Source: an uncultured delta proteobacterium (lineage in GTDB: Bacteria > Myxococcota_A > UBA9160 > SZUA-336). Taken from it: a stretch of 64,000 nucleotides of DNA. The notes under the pieces were generated by a model. That model ran no database searches. It was not told the DNA's origin and saw only the letters and a program-made list of their open reading frames with translations. Each line of letters begins with the position of its first letter. Within the stretch, counting starts at the first letter, position 1. This document shows, piece by piece, positions 30,845 to 41,617 of this stretch. The position numbers and the translations under genes were made by a program. The stretch spans positions 64,001 to 128,000 of the forward strand of contig CAVPHD010000001.1 in the NCBI GenBank assembly GCA_963704165.1, read 5' to 3'.

Positions 30845-31813
30845 ATGTCCACAGCTCGCATCGCTCGAATCCACATCTATCACGGAATCTCGCGAGAGCT
30901 TTCCGAGGCACTTGCGCGTCCGCTGCGTGAACGCCTGCCCGATCGCGAGGTGATCGTCTGGACGCGCGAGGACGAGCTTCGCGCCGGAATCGGCGAGGTC
31001 GAGGTGCTGCTCGCCTACCGCCCGCCCCGGGGACTCTGGGCGGGAGCGAGGCGGCTTCGGCTCTTTCAGATGATGGGCGCGGGTGTAGACGCGCTCTTGC
31101 CGGCGCCCGATCTGCCGGCGAGCGTGCGGATCGCGAACGCGCGCGGCATCCACGGGCCGCAGATGAGCGAGTTCGCGGTCGCCATGATGCTCGCGCTCGC
31201 AAAGCGCGTTCCGCGGGCGATCGAGCAGAGTCGCGAACGACTCTGGAAGCAGTATTCGGTCGACACCATCGCGGGTCGGACGGCCGGAATCCTCGGGCTC
31301 GGCGCGATCGGCACTGCCGTGGCCGAGAAGGCGAGCGCGCTCGGCATGCGCGTGATCGGCACCCGGCGCGAGCCGAAGCCGACTCCCCACGTCGTCGAAG
31401 TCGTCGGCCCCGCTCACACCGATCGCGTCCTGCGCGAGTCGGATTTCCTGGTCGTGCTGCTCCCGCTCACGCCCGAGACCCGCGGATCGCTCGGCGCGCG
31501 CGAGCTGACGCTGCTCCGGCCGAGCTCCTACCTGGTGAACCTGGCGCGGGGCGGGATCGTGGACGAGGACGCACTCGCCAACGCCCTGCGCGCGGAGCGA
31601 CTCGCCGGCGCGGCGATCGACGTCTTCGCAGAGGAGCCACTCCAGGCGTCGAGCCCGCTCTGGAGCGCTCCGAACACGATCCTGACGCCGCACGTATCGG
31701 GCCTGGGACCCGGCTACATGGACCGACTCACCGACATCGTCGTCGAGAACCTGGAGCGGATCGAGACGGAACGGCCGCTGCGAAACGAGGTCGATCGCAC
31801 GCGTGGCTACTAG
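30845..31813 (+). CDS. D-2-hydroxyacid dehydrogenase
   Basis: GAGVD, GLGAIG, PLTPET, NLARG, DVF.EEPL, TPHVSG. Confidence 0.9.
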   Translation: MSTARIARIHIYHGISRELSEALARPLRERLPDREVIVWTREDELRAGIGEVEVLLAYRPPRGLWAGARRLRLFQMMGAGVDALLPAPDLPASVRIANARGIHGPQMSEFAVAMMLALAKRVPRAIEQSRERLWKQYSVDTIAGRTAGILGLGAIGTAVAEKASALGMRVIGTRREPKPTPHVVEVVGPAHTDRVLRESDFLVVLLPLTPETRGSLGARELTLLRPSSYLVNLARGGIVDEDALANALRAERLAGAAIDVFAEEPLQASSPLWSAPNTILTPHVSGLGPGYMDRLTDIVVENLERIETERPLRNEVDRTRGY

Positions 31814-31911
31814 AGATCCGGGAGTGGAACTGCCCGGGCCGGAAGCACATGATCGCAGCACCTGAGACGGGCTCGCTGCAAGAGCATCGCCTGCGATCGG
31901 AGGAGGGAGCC

Positions 31912-32721
31912 ATGAAGGATCATCGGGCAGGTACGAGGCTCGCGGGCAAACGCGCGATCGTCACGGGAGCGGGGAGCGGAATCGGGCGCGCGTCGGCGGT
32001 GCTCTTCGCGTCGGAAGGCGCGAGCGTGTTCGCCGTCGACCTCGCCGAGGAAGGTCTCGAGGGAACTCGCGCCGAGATCGAGAAACTGGGCGCGAAGTGT
32101 CTGATCCGGCGTGCCGATGCCGCGGACGAGGACGCGGTCCGCGACCTCGTCGCGACCGCGCGACACGACCTCGGCGGGCTCGAGGTCGTCTACGCGAACG
32201 CAGGCGTCAGCGGCGGATTCGTGCCCCTGCTCGAGCTTTCCGCTCGAGAATGGGAGCAGGTGCTGCGTGTGAATCTGATCGGCCCGTTCCTCGCCATCAA
32301 GTTCGCCGCCCCGGTCATGCGCGATGCCGGCGGCGGCTCGATTCTGTGCACGGCGTCGGTCGCGGGGCTGCGGTCGGGAGCGGGCGGCAGCGCGTACAGC
32401 GCGAGCAAGGCAGGCGTGATCAGCCTGGTCCAGACTTCCGCCAACCAGTTGACCGGCACGAACGTGCGCGTCAACGCGATCTGTCCCGGTCTGATCGAGA
32501 CCGGCATGACCCGGCCGATGTTCGACCTCGCACGGGCACGCGGCAGCGAGAAGAAGATCGGCCAGCTCAATCCCCTGAAGCGCGCGGGGCAGCCGATCGA
32601 GATCGCACGCATGGCGCTCTTTCTCGCCAGCGACGAAGCGAGCTACGTGAACGGTCAGGCCTTCGCCGTGGACGGCGGCCTCTCGTCGAGTCACCCGTTC
32701 GTGCCGGGACGGCTGGCGTGA
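31912..32721 (+). CDS. SDR-family oxidoreductase
   Basis: [30 protein letters not shown] upstream. Confidence 0.9.
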   Translation: MKDHRAGTRLAGKRAIVTGAGSGIGRASAVLFASEGASVFAVDLAEEGLEGTRAEIEKLGAKCLIRRADAADEDAVRDLVATARHDLGGLEVVYANAGVSGGFVPLLELSAREWEQVLRVNLIGPFLAIKFAAPVMRDAGGGSILCTASVAGLRSGAGGSAYSASKAGVISLVQTSANQLTGTNVRVNAICPGLIETGMTRPMFDLARARGSEKKIGQLNPLKRAGQPIEIARMALFLASDEASYVNGQAFAVDGGLSSSHPFVPGRLA

Positions 32722-32733
32722 GCCTTGGCGCGA

Positions 32734-33552
32734 TCAGGCCTTGAACCGCTCCGCGGTAGCGTACCTCTGCTCGAGCCCGACGAGATCGCCGAACTCCTCG
32801 AAGCCGAACTTCGCCTTCGTGTCTTCCGCACTCATGCCCGTCGCCACGAGTTCGGCGAAGACCCGCTCCATCGCGCGCGACGCGGCGAGCAGCCCGGTGA
32901 GCGGGTAGACGACGTACTCGAATCCGAGATCGCGAAGCTCCTGCCGGCCGAGAATCGGCGTCTTCCCACCCTCGACCATGTTCGCCATCAGCGGACCGGG
33001 CACCTCGCGACCGATCCGCGCGAGTTCCTCTCGCGACTGCGGCGCTTCGACGAAGATCAGATCCGCGCCCGCTTCGCGGTACATGCGTCCGCGCCGGATC
33101 GCCTCGTCGAGCCCGAGTGGCGCGCGGGCATCGGTTCGTCCGAGGATCGTGAAGCTCGCACCCGCACGCGCTTCGACGGCGGCGCGGATCTTCTGCACGT
33201 GTTCCTCGGCACGAATGACTTCCTTCCCCTGCATGTGCCCGCAACGCTTCGGCCAGACCTGATCCTCGAGCAGCATTCCCGAAGCACCCAGCGCGAGCAG
33301 CTCGCGTACCAGTCGCTGCACGTTCAACGGTCCGCCATGACCCGTGTCGCCATCGACGATCACGGGTATGCGCACGGCGCGCACGATACGACGTGCGGTC
33401 TCGAGCATCTCCGTCTGCGTCAGCAGCCCGAAGTCGGGCTCGCCGAGCTGCGTGCCGGCGACGGCGAAACCCGAGACGAACAAGAGCTCGAAGCCAGCGC
33501 GTTCCGCGAGCTTCGCCGAGAGAGCGTCCCAGACACCGACGGAGAGCGTCAC
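32734..33552 (-). CDS. Isocitrate lyase/PEP mutase family enzyme (PrpB/oxaloacetate decarboxylase-like)
   Basis: DGDTG.G, EDQ.WPKRCGH, RTDA, GAD.IFVEA, NMVEGGKTP. Confidence 0.85.
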   Translation of the reverse strand: MTLSVGVWDALSAKLAERAGFELLFVSGFAVAGTQLGEPDFGLLTQTEMLETARRIVRAVRIPVIVDGDTGHGGPLNVQRLVRELLALGASGMLLEDQVWPKRCGHMQGKEVIRAEEHVQKIRAAVEARAGASFTILGRTDARAPLGLDEAIRRGRMYREAGADLIFVEAPQSREELARIGREVPGPLMANMVEGGKTPILGRQELRDLGFEYVVYPLTGLLAASRAMERVFAELVATGMSAEDTKAKFGFEEFGDLVGLEQRYATAERFKA

Positions 33553-34865
33553 GCGAGACTCGCGGCGAGCTCGCGAACGTCGCGCACGTCCTCGAGCGAC
33601 GCGAACGCGGACACGAGAGACCTCGCGCGATCCGTGCCGAGGGCGGGCTCGAGACAGAGCCCAAGCTTCGCGCCTCGCTGCTCTTCGTCGAGCGGATTCC
33701 GCGGGTGTCCGCGCGCGATCCTGACCGCCGCTCGCTCTCGCGTACCGTCGCTGAACACCAACTCGACCTCCTCGTCCGGGGATCGCGACTCGCGCACGAC
33801 GACCTGCCGCAGCAGCGCCTGAACGTCGGAGGCGCGGGCACGCGCGTCCGAGAACGCAGCGAGTCCGGGCCAGCCGTCGAGCCACGCGATCGCGGCGCAG
33901 TACGGGAGCGAGAACTTCGCCTCGAGCCCGGTGCGCGGTTCGGGGTAGATCAGGATCTTCAAACCGAGCGGGTCGCTCGCGCACTCGATCGCGCGCAGCT
34001 CACGGTGCGCGTGTTTCTCGCGCAGCTCGAGCACGGCGTCGATCGTGCGGTGCGTGAACCGACACGACGGGTACGGCTTGAGCTCCACGCCGGGCGACTC
34101 GAGCGCGAAGCCGGAGTCCAGCGGTGGCAGCTCGAACGGTCGATTTCCGCCGTACAGGTCCGCGAGTCCCATCTCCATTTCGAGCGCGTCCTCGCGCGCG
34201 GTCACCGAGCGAAGCGCGAGCTCCGCGGTCTCGAGTCCGGAGCGCGCGGCCAGGCCCGCGTGGAGCGGCTTTGCATCCGTTCCGAAGTTTCCGCGTGTTC
34301 CCGACGCGCGAGACACCGCGATCCCGAACGCGCGACGGAGTGCAGCTTCGTCGAGCCCGAGCAAGACGCCCGATGCGGCCGTCGCCCCGAACACGCCGAG
34401 CGTGGATGTCGCGTGCCAGCCGCGCTCGTAGTGCGGCTTTCCGAGCGCCTGTCCGAGCCGCGCCTCGACCTCGAAGCCGACGATGTACGCGTGCAACAGG
34501 TCCGCGCCCGAGCGTCCGAGCGCCTCGGCCAGCGCAAATGCCGCGGGCAGGAGCGGCACCGTCGGATGGCCGTTCATCGCCCAGGAGACGTCGTCGAAAT
34601 CGAGCGCATGTGCGGCCGCTCCGTTGACGAGCGCGGCGAGCGCCGGAGATACGCGCTCTCCTGTTCCCCACAGGCTCGCGCGCGGGTGCGATCCCTGCTC
34701 GAGCGCGAATCCGCGCAGCTCGCGTGTCACCCGCTCGTCGCGGCCGGCGATCGCACACGCGATGGCGTCGAGCATTGCGGCCCGAGCATGGGCTCGCACC
34801 GATTCGGGCACGGTCTCGAGTGCGAGCCCGTGCGCAAACGCAGCCAGACGTCCGGTGGCACTCAT
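33549..34865 (-). CDS. MmgE/PrpD family protein
   Basis: NG.AAHALDFDD, GHP, RGWH.T, KPLHAG, KPYPSC..TH, AKFS.PY. Confidence 0.9.
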   Translation of the reverse strand: MSATGRLAAFAHGLALETVPESVRAHARAAMLDAIACAIAGRDERVTRELRGFALEQGSHPRASLWGTGERVSPALAALVNGAAAHALDFDDVSWAMNGHPTVPLLPAAFALAEALGRSGADLLHAYIVGFEVEARLGQALGKPHYERGWHATSTLGVFGATAASGVLLGLDEAALRRAFGIAVSRASGTRGNFGTDAKPLHAGLAARSGLETAELALRSVTAREDALEMEMGLADLYGGNRPFELPPLDSGFALESPGVELKPYPSCRFTHRTIDAVLELREKHAHRELRAIECASDPLGLKILIYPEPRTGLEAKFSLPYCAAIAWLDGWPGLAAFSDARARASDVQALLRQVVVRESRSPDEEVELVFSDGTRERAAVRIARGHPRNPLDEEQRGAKLGLCLEPALGTDRARSLVSAFASLEDVRDVRELAASLA

Positions 34866-35566
34866 CACGTCTCCGGATTCGGCGGCGTCGCCCGATTCGA
34901 CCCGAGCACCGTCGGTGCGATCTCGCGCGGATGCTCGAGCACGAACTCCGCTCCCGCCGCGCGCAACTCGGCATCGCCGCGGAGTCCCCAGCCGCAGCCG
35001 ATCGTCCGCGCGCCGGCCGCGAGACCGGTCTCCACGTCGACGGCGCTGTCGCCGACCATCCAGACTTCGGCGGATCGGTTGCCGAGACGCTCGAGAACGT
35101 GCACGAGGACCGCCGGGTCCGGCTTGCGGATCGAGAGCGTGTCTCCTCCCAATACCGCGCCGAAGACGAACTTGAGACCGAGCCCGTCGATGATGCGGTG
35201 CAGGAAGCGCACCGGCTTGTTCGAGAGCACGGCCAGGGTTTCCCCCGCCAGCGAGTCCAGGCATCCGGCCATGCCCGGATAGAGCTCGGTCGTATCGAGA
35301 CAGCAGCGGTCGTAGTGCGCACGGAATCGCTCGTAGTGAGACTCGAGTCGCTCCGGCGCGCGCTCCGGTTCGGGCAGTGACATCGAGAGGAGCTTCAATG
35401 CGCCGTCGCCGATCCAGGCCTTCACCTGCGGACCCGTCACGGGTGGAAGATCCGCATCCGCAAGCGTCCGATTCAGCGCCACCGCCAGGTCGCGCCAGGT
35501 GTCCGCGAGAGTGCCGTCGAAGTCGAAGATCACCACGCGGCCTGACGGAGCTCTTTCCACGCGCAC
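34865..35566 (-). CDS. gph: Phosphoglycolate phosphatase-like HAD hydrolase
   Basis: DFDGTL.DT, SNKP, KPDP, MVGDS..D motifs. Confidence 0.75.
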   Translation of the reverse strand: MRVERAPSGRVVIFDFDGTLADTWRDLAVALNRTLADADLPPVTGPQVKAWIGDGALKLLSMSLPEPERAPERLESHYERFRAHYDRCCLDTTELYPGMAGCLDSLAGETLAVLSNKPVRFLHRIIDGLGLKFVFGAVLGGDTLSIRKPDPAVLVHVLERLGNRSAEVWMVGDSAVDVETGLAAGARTIGCGWGLRGDAELRAAGAEFVLEHPREIAPTVLGSNRATPPNPET

Positions 35567-35667
35567 AGACTAGGACGGCCGCGCTTTGCGCGCGAGATCC
35601 TCGATGATACGCTTGCAACGTCTCGGACCGCGGCCAACGGTAGGAACGGAAAGGGAATTTCCCACCA

Positions 35668-37005
35668 GTGATCTTCCCGCTGCGCTTCAAGCTCGCACTC
35701 CTGTCGAGCGTCCTCTTGGTGGGCGCGATCGGCACGATCTCGCTGGTCGTTCTCGAGCGAAGCGCGCAGGCGCTGGCGGACGAGGCGGGCAAGCGCGCGA
35801 TCGTCCTGGTCCAGCAGCTCTCGCGAAACGCGCGTGAGCCACTTCTGCTCGAGGACGACCTGCGCCTCTCGCAACTGCTCGAAACCATCTCGAACGAGTC
35901 GGAGGTGACGGTCACTCGCGTACTGGACAAGAGCGGGCGGGTGATCGCTTCCTCGCGTGAAGACGAACCGGAGATTCGCGACCGGATGACCGAGAGCAAA
36001 GAGCTCGCGACCCGGCCTCTCGGTGGAATGCTGATCGTGGCCTCGCGCATGACCTACCGGGATCTCGACATCGGCGAGGCGCAGGTCGTGCTCGACGTGA
36101 CTGCGGTCACGGGACGCGCGATTCGCGCTGCGCGACGCCAGGTCCTGGTCGCGGCGGGTATCCTGCTCGGCATCGGCCTGGTGGTCGCGTTCGTCGTCTC
36201 GGGAATCCTCAGCCGACCCCTACGCCAGCTGCGACTCGCCGTGAATGCACTCGCCGCCGGTGACCTCTCCGCGCGAGTGGAACCGACCTCGCGCGACGAG
36301 ATCGGCGTGCTCGCGCGCGCGTTCAACGAAATGAGCGAGAGCCTCGGCGAGAAGCGCCGGATCGAAACGGCGTTCCGGCGCTACGTCTCGGATCACGTGC
36401 TTCGAGAGGTGATCGATTCGCCCGAATCCATTCACTTGAAGGGTGAGCTTCGCGAGGTCTCGGTCGTGTACCTCGACATTCGCAAGTTCACGCGGCTCAC
36501 CGGCGCGATCGGACCGGAGCGCACCGTCGCCTTCCTGAACGAGTGCTTCGACCTGATCACCGGCCGCCTGCTCGAGCACGGCGCGACGATCGACAAGTAC
36601 ATCGGCGACGCGATCCTCTCGTACCTCGGCGCGCCGATCGAAACCGACGACCACGCCCAGCGAGCGGTCGCCGCCGCCATCGCGGTCCAGCGCGCGATCC
36701 ACGAGCGCAATCGACGCTGTGAGCTGACCGGTCAGCCATTCGTGCGGCTCGAAGTCGGCATCGGAATCCACACCGGTCCGGTCGTCGTGGGAAACATCGG
36801 CTCCGAGCTGAAGATGGACTACACCGCGATCGGCGAGCCCGTGAACGTCGCGAACCGACTGCAATCCCTGGCCGGTCCAGGCCAGATCAAGATCACCGGT
36901 GAGGTCCGTGAGCGTCTCGGCGAGCTGATCGACGTGAAGCCGGAGGGGATGCGCACGCTCGAGGGGGTCGATCACCCCATCGAGGTCTTCGAAGTCCTGT
37001 ATTGA
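35668..37005 (+). CDS. Membrane-bound class III adenylate/guanylate cyclase with HAMP domain
   Basis: Two TM helices, HAMP (RDEIG.LA..FN.M), DIRKFT, DKYIGDA, GIGIHTG, YTAIG..VN.ANRL. Confidence 0.9.
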   Translation: MIFPLRFKLALLSSVLLVGAIGTISLVVLERSAQALADEAGKRAIVLVQQLSRNAREPLLLEDDLRLSQLLETISNESEVTVTRVLDKSGRVIASSREDEPEIRDRMTESKELATRPLGGMLIVASRMTYRDLDIGEAQVVLDVTAVTGRAIRAARRQVLVAAGILLGIGLVVAFVVSGILSRPLRQLRLAVNALAAGDLSARVEPTSRDEIGVLARAFNEMSESLGEKRRIETAFRRYVSDHVLREVIDSPESIHLKGELREVSVVYLDIRKFTRLTGAIGPERTVAFLNECFDLITGRLLEHGATIDKYIGDAILSYLGAPIETDDHAQRAVAAAIAVQRAIHERNRRCELTGQPFVRLEVGIGIHTGPVVVGNIGSELKMDYTAIGEPVNVANRLQSLAGPGQIKITGEVRERLGELIDVKPEGMRTLEGVDHPIEVFEVLY

Positions 37006-37070
37006 GCGTTGGCGGCCGCGCGCCGCACGCGGGACTAGAGGGGCGGGGTCCATCGGGTAGAATCCCGCGC

Positions 37071-38154
37071 GTGCCGCGTTCTCGATTCGCGCTTTGCTGC
37101 ACTCTGCTCATCTCGCTCAGCGGATGCGCGGGACCGTACCAACGTGGCGAGGCCCTCTACAGTCAGGGAGACATTGCGGGGGCTCTCGGCGTCTGGCGCG
37201 ACGTCCCGCCGACGAGCTCCGAGTACGCGCGCGCGCATGCGCGTCTCGAGATGATCGAGCGCGAGCTCTCGAGCTCGCTCGCGCGCTACGAGAAACGAGC
37301 CGCGTTCTTCGAGGACGAGGGTCGACTTTCGGAAGCCGTGCTGTACTACCGGCTCGCGCTGAAGCTCGACCCCGATCGGCCGCAGACACTCGCGCGCACG
37401 CAGTCGCTCTACCGCGAGCTGCGCGCGCGGGAAACGGAAGAGCGCGAGAAGCTCACGGCTGCGCTCGCCACCGGAAGACCTCCGCGAGGCGAACGAGTCG
37501 GTGAAGCAGCTCCAGAAGCTCGACCCGTTCGATCCCGCGATCCAGATCGAGCTTCGCCAGGTGCGTGCGGAGACCGGCGCACAGGTGCTGCGCTTCCTCG
37601 AGGACGGCAAGCGCGCCTACGCGGTCGGCGATCGCGAGGGCGCTCGGCTCGCGTTCGAGCGGGTGCTCGAGCTCGATTCCGAGAATGAAGCCGCGCTCGG
37701 CTACCTGTCTTACATCAAGCGATTCGATCAGGAGCTCGCCGAGCAGGCGAAGCCTGTGGAGCGCCGTCAGCCGGTCGCCCGCTCTCTGCCGCCACCGCCC
37801 GTCTCATCCGAAGAGATCATCGCCGAAGGCCGCTTCCGCTCCGGACAGAACGCCGAAGAACTCGGCGATCCGTATCGGGCGATCCGGGAGTACCAGATGG
37901 CGCTTCGAATCGACCCACACCACGGCGCCGCCCAACGCCGGATCGCGACGCTGCGCAACGAGTTGGCTCCGCGCGTACCGACGCTGTACGAACAGGGAAA
38001 GCGCTACTTCCAGGACGAAGATCTCGAGAAGGCGCTCGTCGTGTGGCGAAATGCGCTGCTGATCGCGCCCGACGACGCGCGCACGAAGGAGAACGTCGAT
38101 CGAGCCGAGCGGATGCTCGCGCGACTCGAGGAGATCCAGACTCGTGGCCCGTGA
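37071..38154 (+). CDS. TPR-repeat lipoprotein, apparent frameshift near 37478
   Basis: LSGC lipobox; TPRs in ORF 37002..37688 continue in ORF 37501..38154 after a +1 shift. Confidence 0.7.
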
Positions 38155-39424
38155 ATTCCGCGCAGTCGCACTTGCCGCGTTCGCCGCGAGCGCGATCGGA
38201 TGTGCGAGCACGCCGACGTCCATCGCCGAGCGCCTCTTCGCGCGCGATCAGCCACTGGTCTTCGATCGCGGCTCGGCGCTGCTTCCGCCCGAGGGTCTGC
38301 GCGTGACCTCGACTCAGGATCGGCAGATCGGCCTCGCGTGGGATCCGGTGCTGGTCGGCAACGTCGCGGGCTACGCGGTTCTGCGCGCGAAGGGGAAGTC
38401 CGAAGGCACGTACGAGCGGGTCGGCATCACCCGATCGCGCTTCGGCACGGTGTTCATCGACGCCGGTCCGACCGTCGGTGCGCTCGGTGACGGGCAGACC
38501 TACGCATACCGCGTGCATCCGTACGACTCGAAGGGCCGTATCTCGCGCAGTCACGCGGCGCTCACGGCGACGACCGAAGCCCGGCCCGCGGCGCCCGAAG
38601 GTCTTCAGGTCTACTCGAGCCTGCCGCGCAGTGCGGTCCTGAGCTGGAAGCCGGGCGATACGCGCACGGTGACGGGGTATGCGATCTACCGATGCCCCTC
38701 GACGGCGGGACCGTGGGAGCGCGTCGCATTCGTCGAGGGCCGACTCAATACGGTGTACGAAGACGAAGTCCCCGGCGACCTACGCGTGATGTACTACAGA
38801 ATTGCGGCCGTGAACCGGTTCGGCGGAGAGAGCGATCCGACGGAGAAGCCGATCCGCACCGTGACGAAGGCCGAACCACTTCCGCCGATCGGGCTCGAGG
38901 CGACCGCGTCGAGCCTGGGGCGCGTGGACTTGCGCTGGGCGCCGAACGTCGAGCCGGATCTCGCGAGCTACGAGATCTGGCGCGCGCTGGCAGGCCGATC
39001 CGGATCCGGCAACGAAGTTCCGATCGCCCGCGTGCCTGCAGGCACGACGACCCTCGTCGACCTGGCCGTGGGTTGCGGCGAGAGCGCGCGCTACCGCGTT
39101 CGCGCGACCGACGCCGACGCGCTCGAAAGCCTGCTGTCGGACCCGCTCGAGGTGAAGGGGCACGACGCCGGCCTTCGACTTTCTCGTCAGGATGGCGCGT
39201 GGATCCTCTCCTGGGACCCCGCCGGCGTCGCCGGCTTCTCGAGGGTGCGCGTCATCGAGGTTCGCGCCGTGCTCCCCGATCGCGAGCTGGCGAGCGCCGG
39301 ACTGGACGGCGAAGTCGTGCTGCCGGACCTCGAAGGCGGAACCGAGATCGAGGTGGTCTTCGAGCCCGCAGACGCGACGCGCGGAACGGCGGCGGCTCCG
39401 CCCTGTCGACTCGTCGTCCCCTGA
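38144..39424 (+). CDS. Fibronectin type III repeat lipoprotein
   Basis: AIGC lipobox; three FN3 repeats (L.W...GY.IYR, Y.Y.V.A...G.ES). Confidence 0.8.
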   Translation: MAREFRAVALAAFAASAIGCASTPTSIAERLFARDQPLVFDRGSALLPPEGLRVTSTQDRQIGLAWDPVLVGNVAGYAVLRAKGKSEGTYERVGITRSRFGTVFIDAGPTVGALGDGQTYAYRVHPYDSKGRISRSHAALTATTEARPAAPEGLQVYSSLPRSAVLSWKPGDTRTVTGYAIYRCPSTAGPWERVAFVEGRLNTVYEDEVPGDLRVMYYRIAAVNRFGGESDPTEKPIRTVTKAEPLPPIGLEATASSLGRVDLRWAPNVEPDLASYEIWRALAGRSGSGNEVPIARVPAGTTTLVDLAVGCGESARYRVRATDADALESLLSDPLEVKGHDAGLRLSRQDGAWILSWDPAGVAGFSRVRVIEVRAVLPDRELASAGLDGEVVLPDLEGGTEIEVVFEPADATRGTAAAPPCRLVVP

Positions 39425-39454
39425 CACGGGTGGATCCGCACTCCGCCGGGGCAC

Positions 39455-39482
39455 TTGAATCCCGATCGCGCATCCGTAGACT
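39455..39482 (+). promoter_or_regulatory. Sigma70-type promoter of tRNA-Asn
   Basis: TTGAAT-N16-TAGACT followed by a GC-rich discriminator just upstream of the tRNA. Confidence 0.55.
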
Positions 39483-39493
39483 GAGCGACCCAT

Positions 39494-39569
39494 TCCCCGA
39501 TAGCTCAGTTGGTAGAGCGGGTGGCTGTTAACCACTAGGTCGGCGGTTCAAGTCCGTCTCGGGGAGCCA
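39494..39569 (+). tRNA. tRNA-Asn (GTT)
   Basis: 76-nt cloverleaf: acceptor TCCCCGA/TCGGGGA, D arm AGCTCAGTTGGTAGAGC, anticodon GTT at 39527-39529, TTCAAGT T loop, encoded CCA. Confidence 0.97.
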
Positions 39570-39644
39570 CTACCGAGCCCGCCTCCGATCGAGCTTGCTG
39601 GTGCTCTCGGTCGCGGCTCGGGCCCGCGATACCCCGGGAACAGG

Positions 39645-40925
39645 ATGAGCCTCGCCGACATCGGCCTCGAAGTCCCCGACATCCTGTTGCCTGCAGCGGG
39701 AATCGACCTCTCTCGTTGGGCCGTCGTCGCTTGCGACCAGTACACGTCCCAGCCCGAGTACTGGACGGCCGTCGCCGAGATCGTCGGAGAGGCGCCCTCC
39801 ACGCTCAATCTCGTCCTTCCGGAGGCCTTCCTGGGCGAATCTGGCGAGGAGACCCGAATCGCGGCGATCGGGGCCCGGATGCGCGAGTACCTCGCGCGCG
39901 GTGTCTTCGCGAAGCCGCTGCGCGGCTTCGTCGCGGTCGAGCGCAGCACCCCGCACGTCTCGGCTCGCCGCGGACTCATGGTCGCGCTGGACCTCGAGCG
40001 CTACGACTGGCGGCCGGGCGCGCGGGCACTCGTTCGGGCGACCGAAGCGACCGTTGCGGAGCGGCTGCCATCGCGCCTGCGCGTGCGCCAGGGTGCGGAG
40101 CTCGAGCTGCCGCACGTCCTGGTTCTGATCGACGATCCTCGGAGGACCGTGATCGAGCCGGTCTGTACCGCCGCCGCCAGGGCCACAGCGCTCTACGACT
40201 TCGAGCTCATGAATGGCGCTGGACGCGTCCGCGGCTGGGCCGTGCAAGAGCCGGCCGAGATCGAGCGCGTCGCGCAAGCGCTCCGGGCGCTCGCCTCGCC
40301 CGAGCTGCAGGCCGAGAAGTACGGGGCGAGCGACGGCGACCCGTTCCTGTACGCCTCAGGCGACGGCAATCACTCGCTTGCAGCTGCGAAGCTCCTCTGG
40401 GATCAGCGCAAGGCTACCCTCACGGCAGATCAGCGCGAGCGGGATCCCGCGCGGTTCGCACTCGTCGAGCTCGTGAACGTTCACGACCCCGGACTGCGCT
40501 TCGAGCCGATCCACCGGATCGTCTTCGGCGTCGATCCCGACGCGCTTCTCTCCGAGCTCGCGCGCTCGCGGACCACCGGACCGAGCCACGCGCTGCGCTG
40601 GCTTGCGGGAACACGCACTGGTGTCGCATCGCTCGCAGCCGGCGACGAACCGCTCGCGGTCGCCGCGCTTCAGGGCTTCCTCGACGACTGGCTCACCAGA
40701 CACCCCGACACCCGGATCGACTACATCCACGGTGACGATACGCTCGCTCGGCTCGCCGCCGAACCCGGTCGCGTCGGCTTCCAGCTGCCCGCGTTCGAGA
40801 AGTCGGCCCTCTTCCCGACGGTGGCGAGACGCGGAGTTCTGCCGCGCAAGGCTTTCTCACTCGGTGAAGCCGAGGAGAAACGGTTCTACCTCGAAGCCCG
40901 ACGCATCCAGCCCGCGCCCGCGTGA
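39645..40925 (+). CDS. DUF1015 family protein
   Basis: WAVVACDQYTS, DLE.YD, RATE.TV.ERLP.R, GDGNHSLA.AK, IDYIHG, LPRK.FS. Confidence 0.85.
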   Translation: MSLADIGLEVPDILLPAAGIDLSRWAVVACDQYTSQPEYWTAVAEIVGEAPSTLNLVLPEAFLGESGEETRIAAIGARMREYLARGVFAKPLRGFVAVERSTPHVSARRGLMVALDLERYDWRPGARALVRATEATVAERLPSRLRVRQGAELELPHVLVLIDDPRRTVIEPVCTAAARATALYDFELMNGAGRVRGWAVQEPAEIERVAQALRALASPELQAEKYGASDGDPFLYASGDGNHSLAAAKLLWDQRKATLTADQRERDPARFALVELVNVHDPGLRFEPIHRIVFGVDPDALLSELARSRTTGPSHALRWLAGTRTGVASLAAGDEPLAVAALQGFLDDWLTRHPDTRIDYIHGDDTLARLAAEPGRVGFQLPAFEKSALFPTVARRGVLPRKAFSLGEAEEKRFYLEARRIQPAPA

Positions 40926-40948
40926 TTCGCTAGCGGAGCTCGCGAAGC

Positions 40949-41617
40949 TCAGGCTCGGATGCGCTTGCGAACCTCGAGGGCGACGATCCCGCCACCGATC
41001 GCCATCAGCAGCACCGAACTCGGCTCCGGGATCGGGTTGCTCGGGCCGGGTGCCGGAACGCGATCGGCCGTCCGGATTCGAGCCAGCGTGAAGTCGCTCC
41101 ACTCACGGCCGTCGGTAACGAAGCTCACCGACGTGACCACGCGGTTGATGTCGATCGTGAGCTGACCGTTGCGGGCCGTTCGGGAGCTGAACCCGAGCAT
41201 GAAATCCGAGCCGACGACCGAGCCGCGGTCCACGACCCGGAGAAAGCCGTAGCCGGTGGTCTGGAGCATGCCGATGTCGATCGAAGTCAGGAGCGTGGGG
41301 GCCGCAAACGAGATCGTGAGGACCTCGGGCGTGTCGATCTGGTACGCGGTGTCGATCGAGCAGCCCGCGATCCTCCGCGAACAGTCGATGCCGAAGCCGT
41401 TGCCGGCGCTCCAGGTGAGATCACTGCCGGCCGGAGTTGCCGAGAACGTCACGGGACCCATGGCGGCGTTTCCGCTGTAGGTGACGTTTCCCGAGGTCCC
41501 AGCGGCGATGCTCGCTCCGACCAGACCGGTCAGATCGAGCGTGGCGGCGCCAGCGGTCGGCGCGACGAGAAGGGCGAAGACAGCAGCAACCAGAGCAACA
41601 GGCACCCGCAGACGCAT
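40949..41617 (-). CDS. PEP-CTERM sorting domain protein
   Basis: Signal peptide (AGA|AT); C-terminal IPEPSSVLL + TM helix + RKR. Confidence 0.9.
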   Translation of the reverse strand: MRLRVPVALVAAVFALLVAPTAGAATLDLTGLVGASIAAGTSGNVTYSGNAAMGPVTFSATPAGSDLTWSAGNGFGIDCSRRIAGCSIDTAYQIDTPEVLTISFAAPTLLTSIDIGMLQTTGYGFLRVVDRGSVVGSDFMLGFSSRTARNGQLTIDINRVVTSVSFVTDGREWSDFTLARIRTADRVPAPGPSNPIPEPSSVLLMAIGGGIVALEVRKRIRA

